Part shown: piece by piece, positions 1-9,602 of the stretch
Layout of the letters: each line of letters opens with the position of its first letter
Numbering within the stretch: the stretch's first letter is position 1
IMG/VR virus record: IMGVR_UViG_3300017991_000109
Span: 22 to 64,021 of that record
DNA length: 64,000 bases
Source of the DNA: a virus
Lineage: Duplodnaviria; Caudoviricetes
Strand: one strand, 5' to 3'
Program-made: the position numbers and the translations under genes
Notes under the pieces: generated by a model
Told to the model about the DNA's origin: nothing
What the model saw: only the letters and a program-made list of their open reading frames with translations
Database searches by the model: none

Positions 1-272
1 CCCACACCCTGTTTCTGAGGTCTACGTACTTTCTCACTTATTCCTAAAACCGGAGTATATAAGCTGCCATCACTGCCAGCCTGTCTAAGCGATAAATACA
101 CGACACAGTGTTTTGCATCAAATATGTGTGTAATTTCATCATTCGTGTTCTTATCGAATTCATAGTCTGGCATAAGTAGTACAACCTTCAAACCCTTTTG
201 GTTGAGTTTGTCTTGAAGCTTACTCGACCATTCCGCCAATTTTTCTTCAGCTTGCTTTTTCTGTAGTATCAT
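1..272 (-). CDS. hypothetical protein, runs off window start
   Basis: Hand-translated from ATG at 272 (MILQKKQAEEKLAEWSSKLQ...); no stop before base 1; overlaps the end of 247..822. Confidence 0.6.
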   Translation of the reverse strand, partial: MILQKKQAEEKLAEWSSKLQDKLNQKGLKVVLLMPDYEFDKNTNDEITHIFDAKHCVVYLSLRQAGSDGSLYTPVLGISEKVRRPQKQGV

Positions 273-822
273 TATTTTCTTTCGTTTCTATAACTTGTGC
301 TTCACGCATCAAACCGTTTAAAAAGTCTTGAACCTTTGCTCGCCCTTCTGTTCCTAATCTCAGCCCCTGCTTCTGGGCTTGCTTTTGCGTCTCATCCAAA
401 GGAACTGTAAGATCCTGAATGGCATCTGGCGATGCAGTCAATTGAGCTTCCTCCGCAACTTGTTTGTGATACCTCGCCAAAGCGTTCGCTTCTTTGTAAA
501 GCATTTGCAGTAACCTGACCACATCTTTACTCTCCATAGTTGCTAGCGTTCGCTTTAACTCCATAGGACTTTGACCAAAAAAATGATCTTCGACCTCTGA
601 GATATGCTGAAAGGTATCTGACAGCCTTTTCATCTGGTGGTTATCTACAGCGAGTTGAACCAGATCAGCTCGTTCCTGAAGATTTGTCAACTGCCGAGAT
701 AGTGCCGTCACGAATTGGACACTCAAAGGCTTACCTTGTGCTACGAACTCAACAGCTTGCTGCACAGCCTCTAACGACGTAGGCTCGTCTGCTTGGACCA
801 ATTCAGTATTTTTTTCACTCAT
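247..822 (-). CDS. hypothetical helical protein (possibly terminase small subunit-like)
   Basis: 191 aa ORF with coiled-coil character; function is a guess only. Confidence 0.5.
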   Translation of the reverse strand: MSEKNTELVQADEPTSLEAVQQAVEFVAQGKPLSVQFVTALSRQLTNLQERADLVQLAVDNHQMKRLSDTFQHISEVEDHFFGQSPMELKRTLATMESKDVVRLLQMLYKEANALARYHKQVAEEAQLTASPDAIQDLTVPLDETQKQAQKQGLRLGTEGRAKVQDFLNGLMREAQVIETKENNDTTEKAS

Positions 823-852
823 TAAAAAGAAATTAGACGTTCGTTACTCAGT

Positions 853-1017
853 ATGGAAGAGAAATGGATCATCTACAACACAGAAACGAAGAAGCGTGCA
901 ACAACACAAACTTATACAAGTCAAGAGCTTGCAGAGAGTGCAAAAAGCACGCTACTCACAGAGGGCAAGGAGAAGAAGCCTCAGAATCTCCAAGTTCGAC
1001 AACTCTTGGAAGGCTGA
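853..1017 (+). CDS. small hypothetical protein (54 aa), possible prohead core peptide
   Basis: Hand-translated MEEKWIIYNTETKKRATTQTYTSQELAESAKSTLLTEGKEKKPQNLQVRQLLEG*; below the ORF-track cutoff; three L-x-E sites. Confidence 0.6.
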   Translation: MEEKWIIYNTETKKRATTQTYTSQELAESAKSTLLTEGKEKKPQNLQVRQLLEG

Positions 1018-1105
1018 GTAAACCTCTTGCTCGACTTTGCGTTCTCCGTAAAAGTATGAACGCAAAAGCAGATTTTGTTGAACAACTAAAAACACACAAT
1101 CTATT

Positions 1106-1624
1106 ATGAAAAATCAGACAGTTCAAAATATTGGCTACTACAACGCTAACGAATATCCTATTTCATGGGTAAGACCTTCTAAAGGTCAGACGCCTATAGA
1201 CTTGGAAGGGGGGCAACCCGTCACAGACGCTAAAGGTATGCTCGTTGAGTATCACGAAGAGTTGGAGGAGAAAGTTGCTCAAGGGCTCCTATCTCGTGCA
1301 ACCAGTGCAATGCCTAACTTCGTAAATTGGAATGCCATTCGGGAGCGCCAGCTCAACAAGCGTCCAAATAGTGTTGCCAAAGAAAAGCCTCAGGGTGAAA
1401 AGTCAGGAGAACCTAGTGTCATGAAAGTGGCATCAATCTCTTCTGAACACGGTGTCTCGGAAACCGAGGTTGATCGGCGCAAGATGGACGTATCAGCCAT
1501 TGATATTGAAAAGTATCCAGGTGTTGAGGTCCTAGCTGAAGGCTTCTACCGTTACAACAACATCTCATTCGACAGCAAACTTGCACTTCAGACGTTTCTA
1601 GCTCAAGAAAATAGTAACGACTAA
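1106..1624 (+). CDS. hypothetical protein
   Basis: 172 aa ORF in a co-directional run. Confidence 0.7.
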   Translation: MKNQTVQNIGYYNANEYPISWVRPSKGQTPIDLEGGQPVTDAKGMLVEYHEELEEKVAQGLLSRATSAMPNFVNWNAIRERQLNKRPNSVAKEKPQGEKSGEPSVMKVASISSEHGVSETEVDRRKMDVSAIDIEKYPGVEVLAEGFYRYNNISFDSKLALQTFLAQENSND

Positions 1625-1633
1625 GTATAGAGT

Positions 1634-2386
1634 ATGGCAGATGATTTCATTGTGACAGGCGCTTTGCTGGGGAGGATAGCATCCTTCCTTGGCAAAGGGT
1701 CTGACCCTTTCAATTCAGATATCCCCGATGATTCACCTCCGAATTACTCACAATACAGTAATGAATCGCTGATTCCAGATGGCTATAACCTGACAAGGGC
1801 AATAGCCTATGTGGAAAATCAGAACGATTCCACACAATTTGCGACTATCCAAACTATTGGAGGAACTCTACCTACCTTAGAGATATCAGCAGATAAAGCA
1901 CAACAGGTTCTAGTCGGGGGGAAAATTCAAAGGTATGCTGCTAATGCTTACCCCCTCAACTTCTCAGGTACAGGTCCCAGAGCACGAGGATTCGTAGACG
2001 GCAATAACACAGCGAGTGGTTATTACTGGGAGGGAGATCAAGGACGTCCTTTTGATGGCTCAGGTGCAGACGGGTTCACAATTAATACAAATCAATTCGG
2101 TTCGATCAATCTAACCATTTGGAACAACTACACAACATACGGAATTTATCACAACGATGTGCTCCTCGACACCCTACGGGTAGGACAGGCTACAGGATCA
2201 GCTTACCTATTCACAGTAGCAGATCTTACAGCAGGTTTAAATCAATTTAGATGGGACTATATAGACGGCGCAGAACCTATAAGCCCCGAAGAAGATACAG
2301 ACCAATTCAGATCAGCACCTATTAGCCAAGGAGGGGAGCTTGGTGTATGGGGAGTTGATGTGGATAGTCAAATAGACGGTTTTTAA
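1634..2386 (+). CDS. putative virion fibre/baseplate-associated protein (paralog 1)
   Basis: N-terminal PNYSQYS..IPDG..L..AI motif shared with the next two genes; beta-rich C-terminus. Confidence 0.5.
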   Translation: MADDFIVTGALLGRIASFLGKGSDPFNSDIPDDSPPNYSQYSNESLIPDGYNLTRAIAYVENQNDSTQFATIQTIGGTLPTLEISADKAQQVLVGGKIQRYAANAYPLNFSGTGPRARGFVDGNNTASGYYWEGDQGRPFDGSGADGFTINTNQFGSINLTIWNNYTTYGIYHNDVLLDTLRVGQATGSAYLFTVADLTAGLNQFRWDYIDGAEPISPEEDTDQFRSAPISQGGELGVWGVDVDSQIDGF

Positions 2387-3081
2387 TGAAAGATCTTTAC
2401 CATATTACAGGACAACTCCTTCATGGAGATCTTGAGTATATAGGGTTGCCGGAAGAAGCTATTGCTGAAGGAGTCCCTCAAGATACCACGACTGATTACT
2501 CTCAGTACGGTCCTACACCTGTCATCGATGATGGGGATGTCCCTGCGGAAGCTCTGGCAAAGATCAGTGCTTTCAGAATCTCTGAACTGTCTTTCACTGA
2601 AACTATCAACGTAGGCGGATGGGTGTCAATAGACATTAACAGCGCTATTGCTCAAAACGCACTTATCTTCGCTACGGTCGAACGAACATTACCAGATTAC
2701 TCTTTTAACTATACTATTGCTGAAGAAGATATCAACGTAGACCATACTCCATGGAGGTTAACTTATTTTAGTGGTTGGCTTAACCCCGTAGTTAGAGGTA
2801 TTTATCTAATTCCTGCTTCGGGGAGATTCTCTCATAATGTCGTGCTGGATACGGACATTCCTATTTGGACAACATCTTCATACACAGATGTTGTCCTACG
2901 TCAAGATGGGTCGCCATTAGCAACAGCACATATTCAAACACCTGAAGAATCCACTTCATTCTATAGTATTGCCTCTCTATCTGTAGGTTCAAATGTGTTC
3001 TCACTTGCAAACACTCTTGGAGACTTTGGCACAATCCTACGTTCTAAACTAGTGGTCATGACCTTAAACGGACTTTCTTAA
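2386..3081 (+). CDS. putative virion protein (paralog 2)
   Basis: DYSQYG..VIDDG..AEALAKI motif; TAATG coupling. Confidence 0.5.
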   Translation: MKDLYHITGQLLHGDLEYIGLPEEAIAEGVPQDTTTDYSQYGPTPVIDDGDVPAEALAKISAFRISELSFTETINVGGWVSIDINSAIAQNALIFATVERTLPDYSFNYTIAEEDINVDHTPWRLTYFSGWLNPVVRGIYLIPASGRFSHNVVLDTDIPIWTTSSYTDVVLRQDGSPLATAHIQTPEESTSFYSIASLSVGSNVFSLANTLGDFGTILRSKLVVMTLNGLS

Positions 3082-3866
3082 TGGCAGACGAATATTTACC
3101 AACTTTAGAAGATCTAGAAAGGATCAGGAATTTTACAGGTCAAAAAAGACACGGTAAAGCAGACCTAGAACCTCTCTACTCTGCTTACAACGCTATTGAC
3201 GATGTTTCTAATGGTATGTCTTTAATCGAGGCAATAGCTACGCTTAACCAAGTCGATAAACTCAGGCTTACTTACCAGTCAGTAGACTCTTACGGGAGCC
3301 TACCTTCGTTGTCATTCGAATCCCCATCACATCAATGGGTTCTGGTCCTAACCAGAGTTCAGAAAGCAACCGCTTACAGTGCTAGTATAAACGAAATCAC
3401 CAAGCTAAATTTTCCAGAATGGGTGTGGAACTGGGACCCTCTGATTCTATTCCAACATTGGTATTTTGGATACCTTTTTGGATACACAGGTTTCTGGGGT
3501 TCTGGGCTGAGCGGTCTACAATTAGCTGACGGTATAGGTTACTACTTAGGTGGAACCAATATGCAAAACATGCAAAGAGATGGTTCTGTTGTTCGTTTTG
3601 ATGCTCAAGGACAAGCAACTTGGGAAATGTCAGAAGTGCCTTTGAAGACACATGATTCAAGTCTAGGTCAATGGTTTCAAGTAAAACACAATAATCGACT
3701 TGTTTCACAAGCATTTGCAAATCTAACAGATTCCGAGATGATAACCATGGATACTGTCCAACTAGGACAAACGTATAACACTTTCAAGATCGAAGGAGAA
3801 TTTGACAACGCAACAGTGAAAGCCGCCAACATCACAGTAGTTGGCATGAGAGACCTTACAGTATGA
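3081..3866 (+). CDS. putative virion protein (paralog 3)
   Basis: PLYSAY..VSNG.SLIEAIATL motif; TAATG coupling. Confidence 0.5.
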   Translation: MADEYLPTLEDLERIRNFTGQKRHGKADLEPLYSAYNAIDDVSNGMSLIEAIATLNQVDKLRLTYQSVDSYGSLPSLSFESPSHQWVLVLTRVQKATAYSASINEITKLNFPEWVWNWDPLILFQHWYFGYLFGYTGFWGSGLSGLQLADGIGYYLGGTNMQNMQRDGSVVRFDAQGQATWEMSEVPLKTHDSSLGQWFQVKHNNRLVSQAFANLTDSEMITMDTVQLGQTYNTFKIEGEFDNATVKAANITVVGMRDLTV

Positions 3867-4381
3867 CCAAATATTTTTATCACCTAAAAACTAAAGATGT
3901 AATCACCTTACGAGTACCTACTGTTCGAACAGAGGATTCCCTGAAGGTTGCAATACAGCCCTACCTAGATAAGGGTTATACAGAGGTATCAGAAGCCGAT
4001 GGGCAAAAGTACATCAAAGAAAAATTGCACTCCATTCAAGAAGAAGCTCAGAAAAAACAACAGAAGAGCACTCAAGCCTCCGACTTACCATCTCAATCCG
4101 CTCCTTCAAACGAGCCTATTCGAGCTAATATAGAGGAAATGGCTGAAGCAACTTTTAATAGTCTTCTGGAAAAGAGAAATAAGCTCGTCACTCTGGCTGA
4201 CAAAAATCACATCGAAGCGAACATTCTTCTGGATTTACCAGATAAACTTCCTAAGTCGGATACTCCGAAAAAGTTGACTAAGACTGGTGAGAAAATGAAG
4301 AAAGTATGGATCGAAGAACAGATCAAAAACATTTCCGCCATGAAGGAGAGTGGTCCCTTAGCCACTTCTGACTCCAATTGA
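3863..4381 (+). CDS. hypothetical protein
   Basis: 172 aa ORF with ATGA overlap. Confidence 0.65.
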   Translation: MTKYFYHLKTKDVITLRVPTVRTEDSLKVAIQPYLDKGYTEVSEADGQKYIKEKLHSIQEEAQKKQQKSTQASDLPSQSAPSNEPIRANIEEMAEATFNSLLEKRNKLVTLADKNHIEANILLDLPDKLPKSDTPKKLTKTGEKMKKVWIEEQIKNISAMKESGPLATSDSN

Positions 4382-4649
4382 TTTTCCACTTCTTTGTCTC
4401 TCCACGATAATGCGTTTGTCCTGTTAATACAGAACTAATAACGCGAGGCTCTCTAGTTTCTGGCGTAAGTTTTAGAAACCCTAAGTTGATTATTTCACCC
4501 TCTTCTGCTTGCTTCTGTAAAAAGCCCAAAACCAAAGACACTGCTCTCTTGGCTTCTTTCTTTGGAACGTCATACTCTTGTTGAATTCCATTTACAAGAG
4601 TCTTCATATATTTCCTTCGAAATTCGTTCGTACCAAATATAGCGTCCAT
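4323..4649 (-). CDS. HU/IHF-like DNA-binding protein (divergent)
   Basis: Pattern KKEAKRAVSLVLGFL..AEEGEIINLGFLKL..REPR..SVLTGQ matches the HU fold. Confidence 0.65.
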   Translation of the reverse strand: MDAIFGTNEFRRKYMKTLVNGIQQEYDVPKKEAKRAVSLVLGFLQKQAEEGEIINLGFLKLTPETREPRVISSVLTGQTHYRGETKKWKINWSQKWLRDHSPSWRKCF

Positions 4650-4665
4650 ACTTAATTAGAGAACC

Positions 4666-6147
4666 ATGTTTCCTCAAAATCAGTTTCAAACTACTCAACC
4701 TATAGCCACAGACCGTTACTATGGGATCTACTATGGGAAAGTCGAGCAACGAATAGATCCTGAAAGAATGGGTCGCGTAAAGGTTCGGATTTTTGGATTA
4801 CATGGCGATGAAATGCAAGTTGAGGACCTGCCATGGGCACTACCTAATGCAACTGCTTGGAACAAAGGAGGTTTTTTCAATGTCCCACCTATTGGGACAG
4901 TAGTCACTATCCAGTTCCAAACTGGAGATCCTGAATACCCTGTATGGACCGGAGGTCATTGGGGCATAATCGGAGAAGAGAGGGATCTGTCGGCATTATT
5001 AAGTGAATCTCTAATCGTCAACATTTCCCCAGAACCCGAAGCGCCAGATGGACAAGGAGCTGCGGCAAATACAAATTGGGCGAGTAGCTCGTTTGGAGGT
5101 AAGCGAATCGAAGAAGGTCCTTTAAAACAGGAAGAGATCAAAGACGCGCTATCTTCCGATGCACCTAACAATTTTGGCTTTTCGTCTCCTCTACACAAAC
5201 ATATTGAACTCGACGATAGAAAAGGCAGAGAGAAGGTAAAACTAGCCGACTATCTCGATAACATGCTGTGGTTAAACTCTGAGCATGCGTCCATCACGTT
5301 AGAGACTAGTCAAGGAATACAAGGCGGAACAGAAGTTTTTGGTCTGACGGCTAACTCTGATCCTGCCGTTATGTCATGGCAGATGTACGGCGCAGGAGGT
5401 ACATACGCAGGAGATTGGTCCATCTTAGGAGATCTGAACAAGGGCTACATCGAGATAACCTCTCCAGGTATGTACCGAATCTATCTAGATCGTAGGAGAA
5501 GACGAATCGAGATCTGGACAGGTAAGGGGCACCATATCGTCGCCTGTGACGGCATGACAGACGATGAGGTATCTAAACTCTCCGAAGACGAGACTGCCTT
5601 TCAGGAGGCAGTACAGCAGCGAGAGAGTGACACTGAGCCAACTCTCATAGCGGGTAAGAGGAATACCTCTATGCCATTGCGTTCTTCAGAAGAGCATTTA
5701 AAATCCAATTATGTCATAGCTCGAACAGAGGGTAAGCGTCAGTTAGTCCTTGGGGACAGTATTGGCGACGATGAACTAAAGACCACGGCATTGGTATCGC
5801 CTGATGGGAGTTATCTCATGATGCACGAATCAGGAGGAGAAGAGTCAAACGTGGTCGAAGTCTACAGTGCGGGTAAGCTCAATTTCTTTGCTGAAGATGA
5901 AATTAACATGCGAAGTGCCTCTGCCAACATTCAACTCGATGGAACCGAAGTTCACTTCAACAGTGACAAAGCCCCTCAAATGGAGGAGAAATTAGGAGAT
6001 GATACTACGGTCTCAAAATACGTTGGGGATGTCGAACCTTGGATTGAGCAGCCCCCTAAGAGCAAAAACGTGATCAAAGCTTCGGAATACCCTTATTTCG
6101 AAGAAGCGGAAAAAATCCCCGGTTACGAGGATCAAACCAGTACTTAA
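4666..6147 (+). CDS. baseplate central spike, gp5/VgrG-like OB-fold protein
   Basis: YYGKVEQRIDPERMGRVKVRIFG..LPWALP..PPIGTVV..F..GDPEYPVW motif; beta-helix-like C-terminus. Confidence 0.85.
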   Translation: MFPQNQFQTTQPIATDRYYGIYYGKVEQRIDPERMGRVKVRIFGLHGDEMQVEDLPWALPNATAWNKGGFFNVPPIGTVVTIQFQTGDPEYPVWTGGHWGIIGEERDLSALLSESLIVNISPEPEAPDGQGAAANTNWASSSFGGKRIEEGPLKQEEIKDALSSDAPNNFGFSSPLHKHIELDDRKGREKVKLADYLDNMLWLNSEHASITLETSQGIQGGTEVFGLTANSDPAVMSWQMYGAGGTYAGDWSILGDLNKGYIEITSPGMYRIYLDRRRRRIEIWTGKGHHIVACDGMTDDEVSKLSEDETAFQEAVQQRESDTEPTLIAGKRNTSMPLRSSEEHLKSNYVIARTEGKRQLVLGDSIGDDELKTTALVSPDGSYLMMHESGGEESNVVEVYSAGKLNFFAEDEINMRSASANIQLDGTEVHFNSDKAPQMEEKLGDDTTVSKYVGDVEPWIEQPPKSKNVIKASEYPYFEEAEKIPGYEDQTST

Positions 6148-6203
6148 CGGCTGTGTCATGAAATAAGTACTTGTCAAGTACTACTTATGATGTAAGATCC
6201 CGT

Positions 6204-7190
6204 ATGTTACCGACTCCACGTATAATCGAATCGCTACAAGCCATCTTCTCAATCGTCTACGCGGCTGAGACTGATGAGATTGCTGTCAATTGCCCTTATT
6301 GCACTTATCGCAAGATGTCGGAGGACAAAACCGGACATCTGCATCTCAATTTTGTCAAAAACGCAGCCCACTGTGTCAAATGCGATTGGGGACACCCGAA
6401 TTTAAGAGATTGGCTCAAGTCAAAGAACTTCGATGGTATCCTCCCCCTTCCACGACCTTCTGAACTCTTTGTAAAACCCGAACCAAAACCATACCAGCTT
6501 CAAAGCGCAGCACTGCCTAAAGGATGCTCCTTGATGAGCCGAATCGATCAAGACGAATTTGCTCAGAGTCTGCTCGATAAAAATCTAGACCCTGATGACT
6601 GGGTTAATGCTCGTTGCTTCAAATGCACTAGCGGAAAGCATCAAGGGTATGTCATCTTTCCATTCTACGAAAATAACAATTTAGTCTACTGGCAAGGTCG
6701 GGCAGCATGGGAAGGTCTCATAAGAAAAGCAAACCCGTCAAAATCAGAATTAGCTCTCGGTCGGGCTTCTTGGTTGTATGGATGGCAACCTGATATCCCT
6801 CCTGGTTCGCATATTCACCTATGTGAGGGCACTCTTGATAAAATTTCCGCAGAAAAATTCGTTCGTAAGCATTATGGAGAAGATCACTTCGTCTTTGCTT
6901 TGCAAGGTACTGCGTTTTCTTTCCCTGATGGAATTATTCATCCTCTCAATACTCAATTCGGTAAACTATCTTCTATTCAACCAGCGGACGTAAACATTCT
7001 CTTTGATCCTGATGCAATCTACAAAGCCAAAGGCTTAGCAAAACAACTTCAGCTATGTGATTTTGAAGTCAGCGTATCAGAGCTTGTTAACGGAGATCCA
7101 AATGAGGTTTCAGATGAAGAGCTTAAAAGCGCACTGGATAATGATTGGGGGAATTCATTGTTATCAAAACTACAGACCAGTAAAATATGA
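6204..7190 (+). CDS. DNA primase (zinc finger + TOPRIM)
   Basis: CPYC..H..CVKC zinc site; YWQGR; CEGTLD and FDPD TOPRIM acidic motifs; likely start MLPTPR. Confidence 0.85.
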   Translation: MLPTPRIIESLQAIFSIVYAAETDEIAVNCPYCTYRKMSEDKTGHLHLNFVKNAAHCVKCDWGHPNLRDWLKSKNFDGILPLPRPSELFVKPEPKPYQLQSAALPKGCSLMSRIDQDEFAQSLLDKNLDPDDWVNARCFKCTSGKHQGYVIFPFYENNNLVYWQGRAAWEGLIRKANPSKSELALGRASWLYGWQPDIPPGSHIHLCEGTLDKISAEKFVRKHYGEDHFVFALQGTAFSFPDGIIHPLNTQFGKLSSIQPADVNILFDPDAIYKAKGLAKQLQLCDFEVSVSELVNGDPNEVSDEELKSALDNDWGNSLLSKLQTSKI

Positions 7191-7774
7191 AATTAGACCA
7201 ACTCTATGATCTAGGTAAGCCGATAGTCGAACAACTATCATACTCGTTTTTCGCCAAAAACAGAGAGGCTTACCAGATTCAAGGCATAACAGTGGAAGAT
7301 TTACAAAGTTATCTTTGGGAAGTCCTTTACGCCAAATATGCCCCCACTGTCGAAAAGAATCCGACATACTACGACGAAGAATCGTTCAAAAAATCTTTCT
7401 TTGTTGGAGGTAGGAAGGCTCTTTTGAGCCATGTCAAAAAATACATCCAATCGAGGAAACGAGGAGACTTCATCAAAAAAGGAGCTATTTACCTAAATAG
7501 CCCTCACCCAACCACAGGCATGGAAACAGAACTCGGCTCCGAACAAGAAGACGAGTATCTCAAAAAAGTCAAGCACGCTGTTGATAAATGTGATAACCCT
7601 CTCGCGCAAAGAGCACTTTTCTTAGTAGCCACCGAAAAGTATAGCAGTAAGAACCAACTTAGAAAACGCCTTCAGCTACCCATAAATCAATTCAACTTTA
7701 TCTGGGCAGAAATTCAAAAGGCGCTTTCTGATTTTGTATTCACACCTCAACAAGAAGTTCAAATTTATGAGTGA
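7187..7774 (+). CDS. sigma70-family-like phage transcription factor
   Basis: Region-2-like TVEDLQSYLWEVLY and a C-terminal HTH-like segment. Confidence 0.45.
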   Translation: MKLDQLYDLGKPIVEQLSYSFFAKNREAYQIQGITVEDLQSYLWEVLYAKYAPTVEKNPTYYDEESFKKSFFVGGRKALLSHVKKYIQSRKRGDFIKKGAIYLNSPHPTTGMETELGSEQEDEYLKKVKHAVDKCDNPLAQRALFLVATEKYSSKNQLRKRLQLPINQFNFIWAEIQKALSDFVFTPQQEVQIYE

Positions 7775-8201
7775 TATATTACGAGAATTAGACTTTGAGG
7801 CTATTAGCTCCTCACTTGGTATCGAAGTAAATTCGGAGATCCCTAGACCAATTTTGAAAAAGGTTGTGTCTAAACGTTTGAAAGTTCTTTCAGGCAAGGA
7901 TATTGATATGATACCTAACTTCGTTTGGACAGCCCTTAGGAAGCATCTAGATGAGCACCCGCCACAGCATGTCATACGAGAATCCGCTGATAGTATTAGG
8001 CTTGTAGGGTACAGTATAGAAGATCTGACCAATAACGCCAAATACGCTACATGGACATCACATAATGATGTGCTTATCGAAGAAACACCAGCAGGACTCG
8101 AACTTCAAAGCGAAGTTTTTAAACCTTGGACAGACAAGAATCTAGCCTCTGTTATCTCGAATATACTCTCAGGAAGTAATTATTTCCATGAGTCTGCTTG
8201 A
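7767..8201 (+). CDS. hypothetical protein
   Basis: ORF; likely start MSDILRE overlapping the upstream stop. Confidence 0.6.
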   Translation: MSDILRELDFEAISSSLGIEVNSEIPRPILKKVVSKRLKVLSGKDIDMIPNFVWTALRKHLDEHPPQHVIRESADSIRLVGYSIEDLTNNAKYATWTSHNDVLIEETPAGLELQSEVFKPWTDKNLASVISNILSGSNYFHESA

Positions 8202-9078
8202 TAAAGAGACCGAAATTATAGAGCCACGTCCAGCGGGAGTTCTTGAAGCAGCCGACTTCGAGGATGTCTTAGTTCGTACTGCAACTGAGGATGATCGTGA
8301 TTCTCACTTCCTTCGCCAATATACCGTGGGAGTCAAACAGTGGGTACAAGGCGTTGTCAATATTAAGGGGAAACCTATTCGCCTGATCAAATCAACTCCT
8401 ATGCGAGCTTTTGCCGATTACCTCTGTTTGTTAAAAGAGGAGGATAATCCTATTGCTTCACAACTCGAAGATGCTGACTCCCTAGCACGCTTTCCGATGC
8501 CTATTGTCATAATGGGAAGACCTTCTTGGGAGTGGCGAAGTGATTACGGTAACTCAAAATCAACCGTACGTAGAATCGGATTATCAGACGATAATCTAAA
8601 GACAGGTTGGAGTCATGCTCCCCGACCATTAGATATTACATTCACACTAGACTTCTACGCTAAAACGGAGTTACAGATGGGATGGATCGTCACTCAAATA
8701 GAGAAGCAATTTTACCCCCTCGCATATGCTAAGATTCCAAGTGCATATCGAGATGTTCAGGATGATCCGGCATACAACCGCTGGATGCCTATCAAACACG
8801 GGGGTTTTCAAGATAACAGCGAGTTAGAGCCAGACACCGCAGGAGATCGTCTACTAAGACAGACACTAACCATCACTGTCGAAGGCTATCTGTTCTACGA
8901 CATTAAAGAAGCTCCAATGGCTCACAGGTGGAACTTAGAAGTAGATATCGACTCTGGAGACGAAGTTGAAACCAACGAACTTGATGTTAACGACTCTGCG
9001 CCGACTTTAACTTCGAGTGACGTTGACGAGCTGCCCACCCAACCTCTTGAGCCTTCGACGGATGGAGTAGTTGTATAA
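8188..9078 (+). CDS. tail completion / sheath stabiliser (T4 gp15-like)
   Basis: MPIV..R..W, PRPLDITFTLDFYAK, RQTLTITVEGYL motifs typical of tail terminator proteins. Confidence 0.65.
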   Translation: MSLLDKETEIIEPRPAGVLEAADFEDVLVRTATEDDRDSHFLRQYTVGVKQWVQGVVNIKGKPIRLIKSTPMRAFADYLCLLKEEDNPIASQLEDADSLARFPMPIVIMGRPSWEWRSDYGNSKSTVRRIGLSDDNLKTGWSHAPRPLDITFTLDFYAKTELQMGWIVTQIEKQFYPLAYAKIPSAYRDVQDDPAYNRWMPIKHGGFQDNSELEPDTAGDRLLRQTLTITVEGYLFYDIKEAPMAHRWNLEVDIDSGDEVETNELDVNDSAPTLTSSDVDELPTQPLEPSTDGVVV

Positions 9079-9568
9079 AGTGAGTCCACTCCTTTTTCCA
9101 CCGACTAGCATACTGATCGAATCGAGGGTCTCTTAAGACTGAAACAAGAGATTCTTCGTCATAGAGATAGGTCTTAAGGTTATCCCATGATCTTAGTATA
9201 AACTCATCTCTGAGAGGTTCTGGCACAAATTTATACCCTCGCAAGTTAGCGTCAATCTCGTACAGAATGTCTCTTTCATGGTCCTCATCAGTCTCTTCAA
9301 TTGTATGCCAGACTGACTCTTGACGGTCCCACATAGTCTCATCAGAGGCGTAAATCGCATGACCTAATTCATGACACAGAGCGAAAAGCGCCTCCTTATC
9401 TGACTGCCCTTTCTTCAGCAGGATCTTCTTGGTCCCGTCATCCTCGATGATATGCCAGTTCCCGAAGCACTTTCCGAATAGCGGATGATAAAAACCTTCG
9501 TTTAGCATCACGCTATATCCAAGCGCGTACAATTCACTTCGGGCTTCTAAAAAGGCTCTTCTGATCAT
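8987..9568 (-). CDS. HExxH zinc metallopeptidase-like protein (ImmA/IrrE-type)
   Basis: ALCHELGH plus a downstream EIDAN motif. Confidence 0.65.
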   Translation of the reverse strand: MIRRAFLEARSELYALGYSVMLNEGFYHPLFGKCFGNWHIIEDDGTKKILLKKGQSDKEALFALCHELGHAIYASDETMWDRQESVWHTIEETDEDHERDILYEIDANLRGYKFVPEPLRDEFILRSWDNLKTYLYDEESLVSVLRDPRFDQYASRWKKEWTHFIQLLHPSKAQEVGWAARQRHSKLKSAQSR

Positions 9569-9574
9569 GAAGAC

Positions 9575-9602
9575 AGTATGATCAGAAAATCAGGAATGTC
9601 AA
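9575..9602 (-). promoter_or_regulatory. sigma70-like promoter, near-leaderless
   Basis: TTGACA-N16-CATACT, 6 nt before the ATG at 9568. Confidence 0.45.

Noticed and set aside
864-1109. 81 aa ORF in the track
   Set aside because: Overlaps the more plausible 853..1017 frame and the region upstream of 1106; composition is atypical.
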